The notes under the pieces are model-generated. The model was given only the letters and a program-made list of their open reading frames with translations, did no database searches and was not told the origin of the DNA. 38,875 nucleotides of DNA from a virus (Duplodnaviria > Caudoviricetes). The DNA lies in IMG/VR virus record IMGVR_UViG_3300019874_000014, positions 1 through 38,875 of that record; one strand, given 5' to 3'. The position numbers and the translations under genes are program-made. Shown one piece after another: positions 8,003 to 16,035 of this stretch. The stretch's first letter is position 1. The number at the start of each line of letters is the position of its first letter.

Positions 8003-8463
8003 GATACTTTTCTTTTTCTTCCTCTTCCGCGCTCACTCATCTCTCTCATGTTGTCCCGGTGCGTACCAAGGTGCAGATGCGCCGGGTTCACGCATGGGGG
8101 ATTGTCGCATTCGTGGAGCACATGCATTCCGTCTGGAATGGGTCCGACGTTCAGCTCCCAGCTCAAACGATGGGCAGTACGGAGCCTCTTCCTGTCTCCA
8201 CCAACTACCATAAGCATTCCATACCCGAATTTATGCGTGTAACCTGTCCATTCCCAGCACAGATCCGGGGTTCCTCGGCGAACCCTGGACCAGAATCGTT
8301 TCGCGGTATTTGCCAGAGCAGTAGCCCGGATCTCCGCCTTGGAACGACCGCGCCTCCTGCTTCTGCAGCAGGGAATACACCTAGACTGTAGGCTGTTTCT
8401 GGGGCGGCACACATAGAACTCACCACTGGGCCTAATCTCTTTGCATAGCGCGCACTGTTTCAT
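7999..8463 (-). CDS. HNH endonuclease with N-terminal Cys4 zinc finger
   Basis: RFWSRV...CWEWTG...GYG...AHRLSWEL..GPIP.GM.VLHECDNPPCVNPAHLHLGTHRDN; N-terminal CALC...F...CIPC; ATG at 8463. Confidence 0.92.
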   Translation of the reverse strand: MKQCALCKEIRPSGEFYVCRPRNSLQSRCIPCCRSRRRGRSKAEIRATALANTAKRFWSRVRRGTPDLCWEWTGYTHKFGYGMLMVVGGDRKRLRTAHRLSWELNVGPIPDGMHVLHECDNPPCVNPAHLHLGTHRDNMREMSERGRGRKRKVS

Positions 8464-8464
8464 T

Positions 8465-8824
8465 CTATGCGCGCCTCTCTTCCTTGAACCGGTACGCCAA
8501 AACCTGCGACGACAGCCCAAAGCGGTGTTCTTTCCGCAACTCCGCCGCCACGTCACAAAGCACGTCATCGCGCTCGCCGCCGCATGCCTCGATGAGCCCA
8601 GCAATAGACGGCGCGCCTTGCGCCACGACCATCGCGACCAGCCGGGTCACCAGCCGGCAGAACTCGTAGTCTTGAGCCTCTTCGGCCGTCGCCAACTTCG
8701 CGGATGAGATGGTGAGGTCCACGACGGACCCGGAAGCGCCTATCCACTGGCCGCCCTCGAGGCGAACGATGCGGTCCGTGAGTCCGCACGGAAGGTTGAA
8801 CTTCGCGTGAAGGATGGGGTTCAC
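8465..8824 (-). CDS. Hypothetical protein
   Basis: GTGA-coupled to upstream gene; stop 1 nt before HNH start. Confidence 0.6.
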   Translation of the reverse strand: MNPILHAKFNLPCGLTDRIVRLEGGQWIGASGSVVDLTISSAKLATAEEAQDYEFCRLVTRLVAMVVAQGAPSIAGLIEACGGERDDVLCDVAAELRKEHRFGLSSQVLAYRFKEERRA

Positions 8825-8997
8825 AGCGCGCCACCTTTCAGCTCCGCCAGAATCCGCTCAAATGTCTCCATGACCTTGCCCGCCGGAATCGGGTCCGTGC
8901 CGTACTGCTGGCGGTAGGTCAGCTCAGGCTCAACGACGGCGTACGGGTCAGCGGCATCGATATCCTCGTCCTCGAACCGATGCCAGGTGGTCTGCAT
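8821..8997 (-). CDS. Small acidic protein, first gene of leftward operon
   Basis: MQTTWHRFEDEDIDAADPY...; ATG 8997 preferred because upstream in-frame sequence is the AT-rich promoter region. Confidence 0.6.
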   Translation of the reverse strand: MQTTWHRFEDEDIDAADPYAVVEPELTYRQQYGTDPIPAGKVMETFERILAELKGGAL

Positions 8998-9024
8998 GAA
9001 AAGTACATCCCACGGCGCGGACGG

Positions 9025-9053
9025 AGTGTAAACATCTTTTCTTACTGTTTGAA
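9025..9053 (-). promoter_or_regulatory. Putative leftward sigma70-type promoter
   Basis: On minus strand TTCAAA-17 nt-TACACT, ~28 nt upstream of ATG 8997. Confidence 0.5.
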
Positions 9054-9058
9054 AAGAT
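9034..9058. promoter_or_regulatory. Inverted repeat, putative operator
   Basis: ATCTTTTC-ttactgttt-GAAAAGAT in divergent intergenic region. Confidence 0.6.
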
Positions 9059-9061
9059 AGC

Positions 9062-9090
9062 TTGACCATCGCGAATTCATGCCAGATGCT
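9062..9090 (+). promoter_or_regulatory. Putative rightward promoter, probably leaderless transcript
   Basis: TTGACC-17 nt-GATGCT ending 7 nt before ATG 9098; no clear SD. Confidence 0.45.
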
Positions 9091-9097
9091 TGAGAAC

Positions 9098-9319
9098 ATG
9101 AAGAGCCGAGCCGTTGTGACCCTGCGTGGCTTCTGTCGCCCAAAGAGTGGAGCGCGTCCACGTGTCCGGATCTGTGATCTGGCGCGGGACCTAGAAGTGG
9201 CTCCGCAGCAGGTTCAGGGGTGGCTATCCGAAAAGTACCGCCCGAAGCTCGAGGTAATGCTCGAGCTGGAAAAGTTGCTCGGCATTCCGGTGCCCGATTG
9301 GACGAAGGAGACGCGATGA
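9098..9319 (+). CDS. XRE/Cro-like HTH protein
   Basis: DLARDLEVAPQQVQGWLSEKYRPKLEVMLELEKLLGIP. Confidence 0.85.
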   Translation: MKSRAVVTLRGFCRPKSGARPRVRICDLARDLEVAPQQVQGWLSEKYRPKLEVMLELEKLLGIPVPDWTKETR

Positions 9320-9537
9320 AGGTCCATATGCTCGTTGCCAAAGCGAAGCGCGAGGGGAAGCTCGCTGTCGCTTCCGGGGTGAAGCGGCAGACCGTCGCGA
9401 ACTGGGAACGCGGCCTAGGCGGCCCCCAGTCGAAACACATCGTGCTCATGTCGCGCCTGGCTCCGTTCAAGAAAAACGGGGATGCGGCGCTTCAGCAGCT
9501 CCGCGACTGGCGTCTCGATCCGACGCCACCCAAATGA
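9316..9537 (+). CDS. Second XRE/Cro-like HTH protein
   Basis: KLAVASGVKRQTVANWERG...P; AAGGAG SD and ATGA overlap. Confidence 0.75.
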   Translation: MKVHMLVAKAKREGKLAVASGVKRQTVANWERGLGGPQSKHIVLMSRLAPFKKNGDAALQQLRDWRLDPTPPK

Positions 9538-9728
9538 TCCTCACCGCGCGCCGCACCTATCGCGAAGTGGCCGCGCTTCTCGGCATCTCGCACGCCCAAG
9601 TCATCATCGACGAACGCCGCGCGCTGGCCAAGCTGCGCGCGGCTCTGGAGGAATCCCATGAATCCCTATCTCGACACGACGCCTCAGTGCCAACGGCTCT
9701 CGCTCGCACCCCGAAAGACGGCGGTTGA
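9534..9728 (+). CDS. Stand-alone sigma70 region-4-like HTH protein
   Basis: RTYREVAALLGISHAQVIIDERRALAKLR matches TxxEVxxxxxxSxxxVxxxExRALxKLR. Confidence 0.75.
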   Translation: MILTARRTYREVAALLGISHAQVIIDERRALAKLRAALEESHESLSRHDASVPTALARTPKDGG

Positions 9729-10047
9729 AATCCTGGACGCGGTCGGAGCCCGATTCGGGGTGACGTGGGATGAGCTGCTCTCCAAGAGCCGGATCGCTCA
9801 CATCGTAGCCGCGCGTCACGTGGCATCATGGCTGATGCGCCGCTCGGGCATGAGCTACCCCGCGATCGGGAGAGCGCTCGGCGGCCGGGACCACACGACG
9901 GCCATGGCAGCCGTCGCGCGCGTCGAGGCTGAGCTCAGGCGCGCCCCGGAGGGCCTCCCCTCCCTCGAGGCCATGCTGGAGCCCGGGTTCGTCTCCAGGG
10001 CAACCAGGGTACCTGGCGAGGGGACGATGCTGCCCGACCTGCCGTGA
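9658..10047 (+). CDS. Stand-alone DnaA C-terminal (domain IV) HTH protein
   Basis: FGVTWDELLSKSR...ARHVASWLMR...SYPAIGRALGGRDHTTAMAA; GGAGG SD upstream. Confidence 0.88.
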   Translation: MNPYLDTTPQCQRLSLAPRKTAVEILDAVGARFGVTWDELLSKSRIAHIVAARHVASWLMRRSGMSYPAIGRALGGRDHTTAMAAVARVEAELRRAPEGLPSLEAMLEPGFVSRATRVPGEGTMLPDLP

Positions 10048-10295
10048 GGCTCTTCTGCTCAGGCTGTCGCCGAATGCACGAGTCGGAGGCGTTTAGCCCG
10101 GACCCTGGCTTTTCGATGGGTTACCGCTACGTCTGCCGGTCCGCGCGGAACGCCGCCCGCCGCTACCGTCCGCATCTCCCCGAATGCACGTGCCACGGCA
10201 ACCCGAAACGGCGGCACGAAGACCACTGCGCTAGGGGTCGCAAGCGGCGCGATGAGCGGGCCGATCTCGTCGTCCGGGTCGAATGCGGAAAGTAG
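10044..10295 (+). CDS. Small basic Cys/His-rich putative zinc-binding protein
   Basis: CSGC...F..D.....Y.YVC and CTCH...HEDHC; GTGA overlap. Confidence 0.6.
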   Translation: MRLFCSGCRRMHESEAFSPDPGFSMGYRYVCRSARNAARRYRPHLPECTCHGNPKRRHEDHCARGRKRRDERADLVVRVECGK

Positions 10296-10306
10296 CGGGT
10301 CCACGG

Positions 10307-10349
10307 GTCACTGTTTACTCATGCTGACATCTATCGTCAAGCTTGACGA
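10307..10349. promoter_or_regulatory. GTCA-N4-TGAC motif cluster upstream of the rep gene, including perfect 16-bp palindrome
   Basis: TCGTCAAGCTTGACGA 10334-10349; GTCACTGTTTAC 10307-10318; half site ATGCTGAC 10321-10328. Confidence 0.6.
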
Positions 10350-10381
10350 GGCATGACAAATCTGCGAGAGCTGAGGCAGAC

Positions 10382-11257
10382 ATGTACGGAAGACTTTTCG
10401 AGTCGGTGTTCGAGGGCTCGATGATTGGATCCGGAGCGCGCGTCTTCGCCGTGTGGGCGTATGTGGTGGCAAAACAACGCGGCGGCACGGTGGAGCTGCA
10501 CCCGACATTCCTCTCGGCCATCCTTGGTGAGCCTCCGGAATCCATCGAGGCGGCCATCGAGCATTTGTGCGCTCCGGATCCAAAGAGCCGGAACGATGCG
10601 GAGCAGGGGCGGCGCCTGGTTCACGTGAACGCCTACATGTACAACGTCGTAAGCGCCGAGATTTACGCTAAGATTAAGACAGAGGAGGACCGCCGTAGAT
10701 ACAATCGCGAGAAGCAGCGCGAGTCCCGTGCCCGGCGATCTGTCAATGCTGACCCTGCACCACCAGCATTGACCGATGCTGACGCTACGTCTGTCAATGC
10801 TGACCCTGCATCTGGATCTGATCTGGATCTGAGATCCGGATCAGACGCGCGCGAGGACCCGGGCCGGGCGACCATGTGCCCCGCGGACCTGTACCGGCAG
10901 GCGGACGCGAACGGCACCCTGAGCGCCATCGCCGAGAAGCTATCTGTTCCGCTCGAGAGCGTCCGGCACGAGGCGCGGCAGTTCGAGGCTTATTGGACCA
11001 TCGGCGGGGGCGCCGGGCAGCGCCGAACGGCGTGGATGGGGAAGCTCCGTCAGAGAATCGTGGAGCAGCATGGCAAAAACGAGCTGAAGCCGATCGGCGC
11101 GGTGGAGCATGAGCAGCCCCGCCGCGCCCCGAAGCGGCTCCGGTCGCTGGCAGATGGTACGCTTCGAAAGCCCCCCGAGCGCCCGCCGATGATTTCGCCG
11201 ATGGAAGCCGAAGAGCTGCAGCGCCGGATAGACTCGGCCATGCGCGGAGGAGTCTAA
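10382..11257 (+). CDS. Phage replication initiator / replisome organiser (lambda O-like architecture)
   Basis: MYGRLFESVFEGS N-terminus, wHTH-like region, basic RRRYNREKQRESRARR helix, then internal DNA repeats and a separate C-terminal domain; GAGG SD. Confidence 0.75.
   Translation: MYGRLFESVFEGSMIGSGARVFAVWAYVVAKQRGGTVELHPTFLSAILGEPPESIEAAIEHLCAPDPKSRNDAEQGRRLVHVNAYMYNVVSAEIYAKIKTEEDRRRYNREKQRESRARRSVNADPAPPALTDADATSVNADPASGSDLDLRSGSDAREDPGRATMCPADLYRQADANGTLSAIAEKLSVPLESVRHEARQFEAYWTIGGGAGQRRTAWMGKLRQRIVEQHGKNELKPIGAVEHEQPRRAPKRLRSLADGTLRKPPERPPMISPMEAEELQRRIDSAMRGGV
10739..10845. repeat. Iteron-like repeats inside rep gene, putative replication origin
   Basis: 21-bp direct repeat TCTGTCAATGCTGACCCTGCA at 10739-10759 and 10790-10810, inverted part-copy CAGCATTGAC 10764-10773, then tandem TCTGGATCTGA units with five GATC. 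Confidence 0.7.
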
Positions 11258-11799
11258 TGTTTTGGCATGCTTGCCCCACCGGCAACCCCGAATCCCTGCT
11301 CATCGCCCGGGAGCTCCCCGAGGACGAACCCCCGCCGGACCCGCGCACCGCGCGCCTCCGAGCCCTCCTCGGCCGAATCCCGGAGGAGGAATCCACGGTA
11401 GTCGCTCTAAGCCTCAACGGCGCGACCCAGGAGGCGATTGGAGACGCTCTGGGCATCCGGCAGTCCACCGTGTCGTACCGGCTGCAAAGAGCCACTGAGC
11501 GGCTTCTGTGGCTCGCCGGCAGGGGGTCATGGTTCGGACCCGACGACATCCAGCGGGACCTCGCCCCAGTCCTCGAGCGGCAGGTAGTCCGAATCCTGGC
11601 GGAGTGGTGGGCTACCGGCTCGCTGATGCGCGCGACCGAAGCTGCTGGGGAGATATCGCGCTACCGTGCACGCTCGAAGCTCCTCGGGGCAATCGGTGAG
11701 CTCCGGGAAGACTGCTCGGTGGACCCGAAATACCCGGTAGGGTTCCTCGCGCTCTGGCAGGACGGGGTAGCGCTCTCGAGGCCGGAGGCGAGGCGATGA
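11257..11799 (+). CDS. Sigma region-4-type HTH regulator, candidate late-gene activator
   Basis: LGRIPEEESTVVALSLNGATQEAIGDALGIRQSTVSYRLQRATERL (ECF sigma4-like); sits between rep and late genes. Confidence 0.75.
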   Translation: MFWHACPTGNPESLLIARELPEDEPPPDPRTARLRALLGRIPEEESTVVALSLNGATQEAIGDALGIRQSTVSYRLQRATERLLWLAGRGSWFGPDDIQRDLAPVLERQVVRILAEWWATGSLMRATEAAGEISRYRARSKLLGAIGELREDCSVDPKYPVGFLALWQDGVALSRPEARR

Positions 11800-11975
11800 G
11801 CGCGGCGGAGCTTGCGATGGAACTCGAGGAAGCTGAGCAGGAGGGAACCGTGAGCATTGCTGAGTTGACGGTGAAGAGACTCGTTAGGCAATCTCCGGGT
11901 GCAGTTCAGGGGGTGGCGTCACGCCTTGTTGCGCCGCTCCAGACGAACATTCACGGGCCGGAGAAGAAACCGTGA
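11796..11975 (+). CDS. 59-aa hypothetical protein (not in ORF track)
   Basis: Hand translation MSAAELAMELEEAEQEGTVSIAELTVKRLVRQ...EKKP*; ATGA and GTGA overlaps, GAGG SD. Confidence 0.6.
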   Translation: MSAAELAMELEEAEQEGTVSIAELTVKRLVRQSPGAVQGVASRLVAPLQTNIHGPEKKP

Positions 11976-12343
11976 GCGAGGGGCAAGAAATCACTCAGAC
12001 GCCGCGCGGGCGCACGCGTGTCCAGAAGCTGGCCGGCTCCCCGGTCACCCTCGATGCGGACGTCTACTCGAGGCTCAAGGATGGCGCCTTCGAGGCCGTG
12101 GAGGATCTGCGGGAGCAGCTGCAGATCGGCGAGCCCCGCGAGAAGGTCGACGCGGCCCGTGTGCTGCTTGGCGCCTATGTCCAGCTCCGGAAGGACGCGC
12201 CCGAGAGCGTGAATCCGTCCCTAGCGACTCGTGAAGCGCGCGTGGCTCACATGCGAGCGGCGATGCGGGACCCGGACGATGAGCTTTTAGAGGCGATGCG
12301 GGCCGAGGCGGACGCGATTCGAAAGGTGCTCGATGGCCGGTAA
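11972..12343 (+). CDS. Helical protein, candidate terminase small subunit
   Basis: EAVEDLREQL..G..REKVDAARVLL helical hairpin; near start of late region; no other TerS candidate next to TerL. Confidence 0.4.
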   Translation: MSEGQEITQTPRGRTRVQKLAGSPVTLDADVYSRLKDGAFEAVEDLREQLQIGEPREKVDAARVLLGAYVQLRKDAPESVNPSLATREARVAHMRAAMRDPDDELLEAMRAEADAIRKVLDGR

Positions 12344-12647
12344 CCCGAACAACGTTCCGATCGGTGAGCAATGCCCAACATGCGGGCGGGTGCGACATGG
12401 CCCATTTGGGTGGCAGCCCAAGAGGCGGCATTCCGCCGAGGAGATGTGTGAGAAATGGGACGCCTTCATCGAGAATCAGCACCCGAGCCTACTACTGAGA
12501 TTGACTCGGTTAAGCTCCGAGGCAGACCTGGACCACGCGCGCTTAATCGTAAGTGAGCGCGTATCCGGGGGCGGCACCATCGTTGTCACTACCGAGGAAG
12601 CGTTGCGCGATTTCGTGGAGCGAACCTTGGGGAAGGCTGCCGAATGA
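12333..12647 (+). CDS. Hypothetical protein
   Basis: AAGGT SD; CPTCG motif; coupled to next gene. Confidence 0.6.
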   Translation: MAGNPNNVPIGEQCPTCGRVRHGPFGWQPKRRHSAEEMCEKWDAFIENQHPSLLLRLTRLSSEADLDHARLIVSERVSGGGTIVVTTEEALRDFVERTLGKAAE

Positions 12648-12901
12648 GAGTCCAGTTCTACCGAAACTCGCACCAGCTCGACATAGCCGGGAAGCACCAT
12701 CAGGGCTCGTTCTACGTGGGCGAGGACGGCGTCACGAGCATCGAGGTACTCGGCGGTGGAGTCGTCGTCATCGAGCGATCGGAGGGTCTCCCGCAAATCA
12801 TCATCACGCCGGCCGGGTATGCGTTCGGCGGGGATAGGGACCCGCTCACGCCACTCGGCAAGAAACCGAAACTGAACGGAGGAGAGAAGAAGAATGGCTG
12901 A
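12644..12901 (+). CDS. Hypothetical beta-rich protein
   Basis: ATGA overlap, typical codon usage. Confidence 0.6.
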   Translation: MRVQFYRNSHQLDIAGKHHQGSFYVGEDGVTSIEVLGGGVVVIERSEGLPQIIITPAGYAFGGDRDPLTPLGKKPKLNGGEKKNG

Positions 12902-13277
12902 CCTGAGCAAGTTCCGCGGGAAGGCGGACAACGTCTTGGTTCGTTTTGATATGCACGCCGCGCGGCAACGCGACGAGCTCACGCCGGGCGGCATCTGGAA
13001 GCCTCGCAACCGGAACGCGCAGAGCCGGCGCGAGGCTACGCCCGCGGTCGTCTACGCGGCGGGCCCGGGGCATTACTGGGACCGATGGCTCGGGCACGAC
13101 AAGGGCGGCAGCGCCCCGGTGGGGGTCTCTACGTTCGTGCCAATGAGCGAGCACATCAAGCCCGGCGCGAAGGTGCTCATCGACGACCCGACGACTGGCG
13201 AGCGTGTGTATTCGGACGAGTTCGAGGAGTTCCGAGTGGTGAAAGCTCATAATATCCTTGCGGTGGTAGAGGAATGA
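12894..13277 (+). CDS. groES: GroES/Cpn10-like co-chaperonin
   Basis: DNVLVR...TPGGIWKP...VVYAAGPG...IKPGAKVL...EEFRVVKAHNILAVVE parallels GroES DRVxV...TxGGIxxP...VxAVGxG...VKxGDxVL...EEYxxxxExDILAIVE. Confidence 0.82.
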   Translation: MADLSKFRGKADNVLVRFDMHAARQRDELTPGGIWKPRNRNAQSRREATPAVVYAAGPGHYWDRWLGHDKGGSAPVGVSTFVPMSEHIKPGAKVLIDDPTTGERVYSDEFEEFRVVKAHNILAVVEE

Positions 13278-13744
13278 GCGTCATCGGCAGAATGCAACGC
13301 AAGCTCGAGCGCGACGCCTCGAACAAGACCGCCGAGCGCGTCGATGAGCACCTCGAGGCATCCGGCAAGGACGGCCTGGAGTTCGCTGCGCGCGTGGCCA
13401 ACGCGGCCTACCGATGCGTCAAGAACCGGCTCCCTGCTAATCGCGAGTACCGAACCGGCTACGCGATGGCACTCGCCGAGCTCGCCGTCGTGCTCCGGTG
13501 CATGCGCCGCGGGTCGCCGCCGGATACCGGAGAGCTGGCCGTTGCGAGGCGGGCAACGATCGAGTTCATCGAGGAGGAGTTCGATGGGGCGATCGCTCCC
13601 GAGCAGACCCCTGACCCGATGTGGGGCAACCTGGGGGAGGCGATCGGGGCCGTTTCCGTTTGCGTTTGCGTCCGATGCAACGGAACCCAGCGCGTCGCCG
13701 GCCCCGTGCCGGGTCTCGACCTGCCTTGCCCGGAGTGCACTTGA
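13274..13744 (+). CDS. Hypothetical protein with C-terminal CxxCxG...CxxC zinc finger
   Basis: CVRCNGTQRV...PCPECT; overlaps both neighbours by 4 nt. Confidence 0.65.
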   Translation: MSVIGRMQRKLERDASNKTAERVDEHLEASGKDGLEFAARVANAAYRCVKNRLPANREYRTGYAMALAELAVVLRCMRRGSPPDTGELAVARRATIEFIEEEFDGAIAPEQTPDPMWGNLGEAIGAVSVCVCVRCNGTQRVAGPVPGLDLPCPECT

Positions 13745-16035
13745 TCTCTGCCGTTCTGATCGTCCGCAACGAGGCGCCGCGCCTGGAAGCCTGCATCGCC
13801 TCGATCCGCCCGCACGTGGACGAGATAATCATCGTCGACACGGGCAGCATCGACGGCACGGACCGCATCGCCGAGCGCCTGGCGGATGTCTTCGCGCGTT
13901 TCACATGGAACGAAGACTTCGCCGAGGCGCGCAACTTCGCCACGCGGCTGGCAACGCACGCGTGGATCTTCTGGTGCGATGGGGACGACGTGGTGGAGGG
14001 CGCCGAGAACCTCCGGAGGCACACCGAGGAGATCGACGCGAAGCGCGGCGACCGGCCGGCGATGCTCATGGCGCCGTACGAGTACTCGCGGGACGCTGAG
14101 GGCAACGTTACTCTCCTGCAGACGCGCGAGCGGCTCTACACGCCCCGAGAGGCTTTCCAGTGGGAAGAGCCTGTCCATGAGGTGCTCATCCCGATGGCCC
14201 CGGACTGCCTCATGGAGCCGTGTAACGATGTGCGCATCGTTCACGCGAGGGGCGACAAGGCATCCGACCAGACGCGGAATCTCCGCATTCTGCGCGCGCA
14301 CTACGACGCGGGGCGGAAGAGCACGCGTTCTTTGCGGTACCTCGGGCTCGAGTACGGCAACCTGGGGGACATCGGGCAGAGTATCGAGTTTCATCGGCGC
14401 TATGTCGCCATGTCCGATTGGGACGATGAGAAGGCTCTCTCGTGCGTGGAGCTCTCCCGCCACTTCGCGACGCTCGGGGACCACCGGGCCGCGCTTGATT
14501 GGGCGTGGCAGGCTATGCAGGCGCGCGAGGGCTGGTTCGAACCGTGCTTCGCCGCGGGCCGCGCCTACTACTACCTGGCGCAGCGTGGCGGACCGGACGA
14601 GCGACGGAACTGGGAGCGGTGCCTATTCTACCTCGATCTCGGGCTGTCACTGCCGCTGACGCAAACGGTGCTCTTCACCAATCCGCTCGAGCGCGCGCAC
14701 GAGGTGCACAAGTTCCTCAACGTCGCGCTCTCGAAGCTTGGGCAGCATGACCGCGCCCTCGAAAGTTGCTCCCGGGGGCTGCAGGCCAAACCGGACGAAT
14801 CGCTCGCCGAGAATGCGTCCCTCCTTACCCGCTTCTTGGCTAGACGCGAGATCGACCGGTGTCTTGCAGTCCTCGGGGGCTCTTACTCACCCGCGCCAGG
14901 GCCGGAGGAGCGCGCGCCGGGATCGCTGGATATCGTCGTGTTCACCGGGCACGCGTGGGAGCCATGGACGCCAGAGACGGCCGCGCGGACCGGTATCGGC
15001 GGCAGCGAGACCGCGGTCATCGAGATGACCAAGCGATGGGCCGCCGTCGGGCATCGAGTGCGCGTCTTCGGGGACTGCGCTGCACTGGAGGGCAACTACG
15101 ACGGCGTGGAGTACCTCCACCACGACAAGATTGCGGGGACGTCGGCCGATGTGCTCATCGCATCGAGACGCCCGGACGCCGTTGAAGACGGCGTCTGCGA
15201 CGCTCCGCTAAAATTCGTCTGGGTGCATGATGTGCACTTGGGGCCGGCGATGAGTCACGCGCAGGCGCTCCGCACGGATCGGTTCCTCGTGCTGAGCGAG
15301 TGGCACAAGGGCTGCTTGCTGCACCATCACCCGCAGATACACCCGGACCAGGTCACGGTGACGCGGAACGGAATCGATCTGTCGCGGTTCGAGCCGCAGG
15401 AGGGGCTACGGCGGAACCCGCACCGGGCCATCTACAGCTCGAGCCCGGACCGAGGACTCGAGGTGCTACTCAAGTGCTGGCCAGCCATCCGAGAGCGCGT
15501 GCCGGATGCCACGCTCGAGGTGTTCTACGGGTTCGAGACCTGGGAGGGCATGGCGAGCGGCAACGCGGAGCAGCTCGAGCACATTTCTCGACTGAAGCGG
15601 GCGCTTCGGGACGCGGAACCGTTCGGTGTGACCTACTTCGGGCGGCAGCCACAGGGCACCGTGGCGGCAGCGATGCTCTCCAGCGGCGTCTGGGCCTACC
15701 CGACTTGGTTCTCGGAGACGAGCTGCATCACGGCGATGGAGGCGCAAGCGGCCGGGCTGTACATCGTCACCTCGCCGATCGCGGCGCTCAACGAGACGGT
15801 CGGAGAGCGCGGGGTGCTCATCGAGGGCGACTGGCTGTCGGAGGAGTACCAGGAGTCGTTCGTGATGGAAGTGGTCGGCGCCATGAACGCGCCCCGCGCT
15901 GCGTCGCACCGGCTTGAGCTCCAGGAGTACGCGCGAGCGCACTTAGGATGGGACTCGCTCGCTGTGGAATGGATCGACATGTTCAAGGCAACGCCGGCAG
16001 GGGTGATGCCTCCGTACAAGGGTTTCGCGCCATGA
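13741..16035 (+). CDS. Multidomain glycosyltransferase: GT2 (GT-A) + TPR-like helices + GT4-type (GT-B)
   Basis: ISAVLIVRNE...DEIIIVDTGSIDGT...DFAEARN...DGDD; TPR-like RYLGLEY, FAAGRAYY; GIGGSE, NGIDL, YSSSPDRGL, ETSCITAMEAQAAG; TTG start overlapping upstream TGA. Confidence 0.9.
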   Translation: MISAVLIVRNEAPRLEACIASIRPHVDEIIIVDTGSIDGTDRIAERLADVFARFTWNEDFAEARNFATRLATHAWIFWCDGDDVVEGAENLRRHTEEIDAKRGDRPAMLMAPYEYSRDAEGNVTLLQTRERLYTPREAFQWEEPVHEVLIPMAPDCLMEPCNDVRIVHARGDKASDQTRNLRILRAHYDAGRKSTRSLRYLGLEYGNLGDIGQSIEFHRRYVAMSDWDDEKALSCVELSRHFATLGDHRAALDWAWQAMQAREGWFEPCFAAGRAYYYLAQRGGPDERRNWERCLFYLDLGLSLPLTQTVLFTNPLERAHEVHKFLNVALSKLGQHDRALESCSRGLQAKPDESLAENASLLTRFLARREIDRCLAVLGGSYSPAPGPEERAPGSLDIVVFTGHAWEPWTPETAARTGIGGSETAVIEMTKRWAAVGHRVRVFGDCAALEGNYDGVEYLHHDKIAGTSADVLIASRRPDAVEDGVCDAPLKFVWVHDVHLGPAMSHAQALRTDRFLVLSEWHKGCLLHHHPQIHPDQVTVTRNGIDLSRFEPQEGLRRNPHRAIYSSSPDRGLEVLLKCWPAIRERVPDATLEVFYGFETWEGMASGNAEQLEHISRLKRALRDAEPFGVTYFGRQPQGTVAAAMLSSGVWAYPTWFSETSCITAMEAQAAGLYIVTSPIAALNETVGERGVLIEGDWLSEEYQESFVMEVVGAMNAPRAASHRLELQEYARAHLGWDSLAVEWIDMFKATPAGVMPPYKGFAP

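Noticed and set aside
9658-10047. Host dnaA or dnaA pseudogene
   Set aside because: No AAA+ domain remnants or dnaN context; has own SD within a phage operon
10739-10845. Mini CRISPR array
   Set aside because: Only two 21-bp copies, spacer contains partial copies, lies in-frame within rep, no cas genes; iterons fit better
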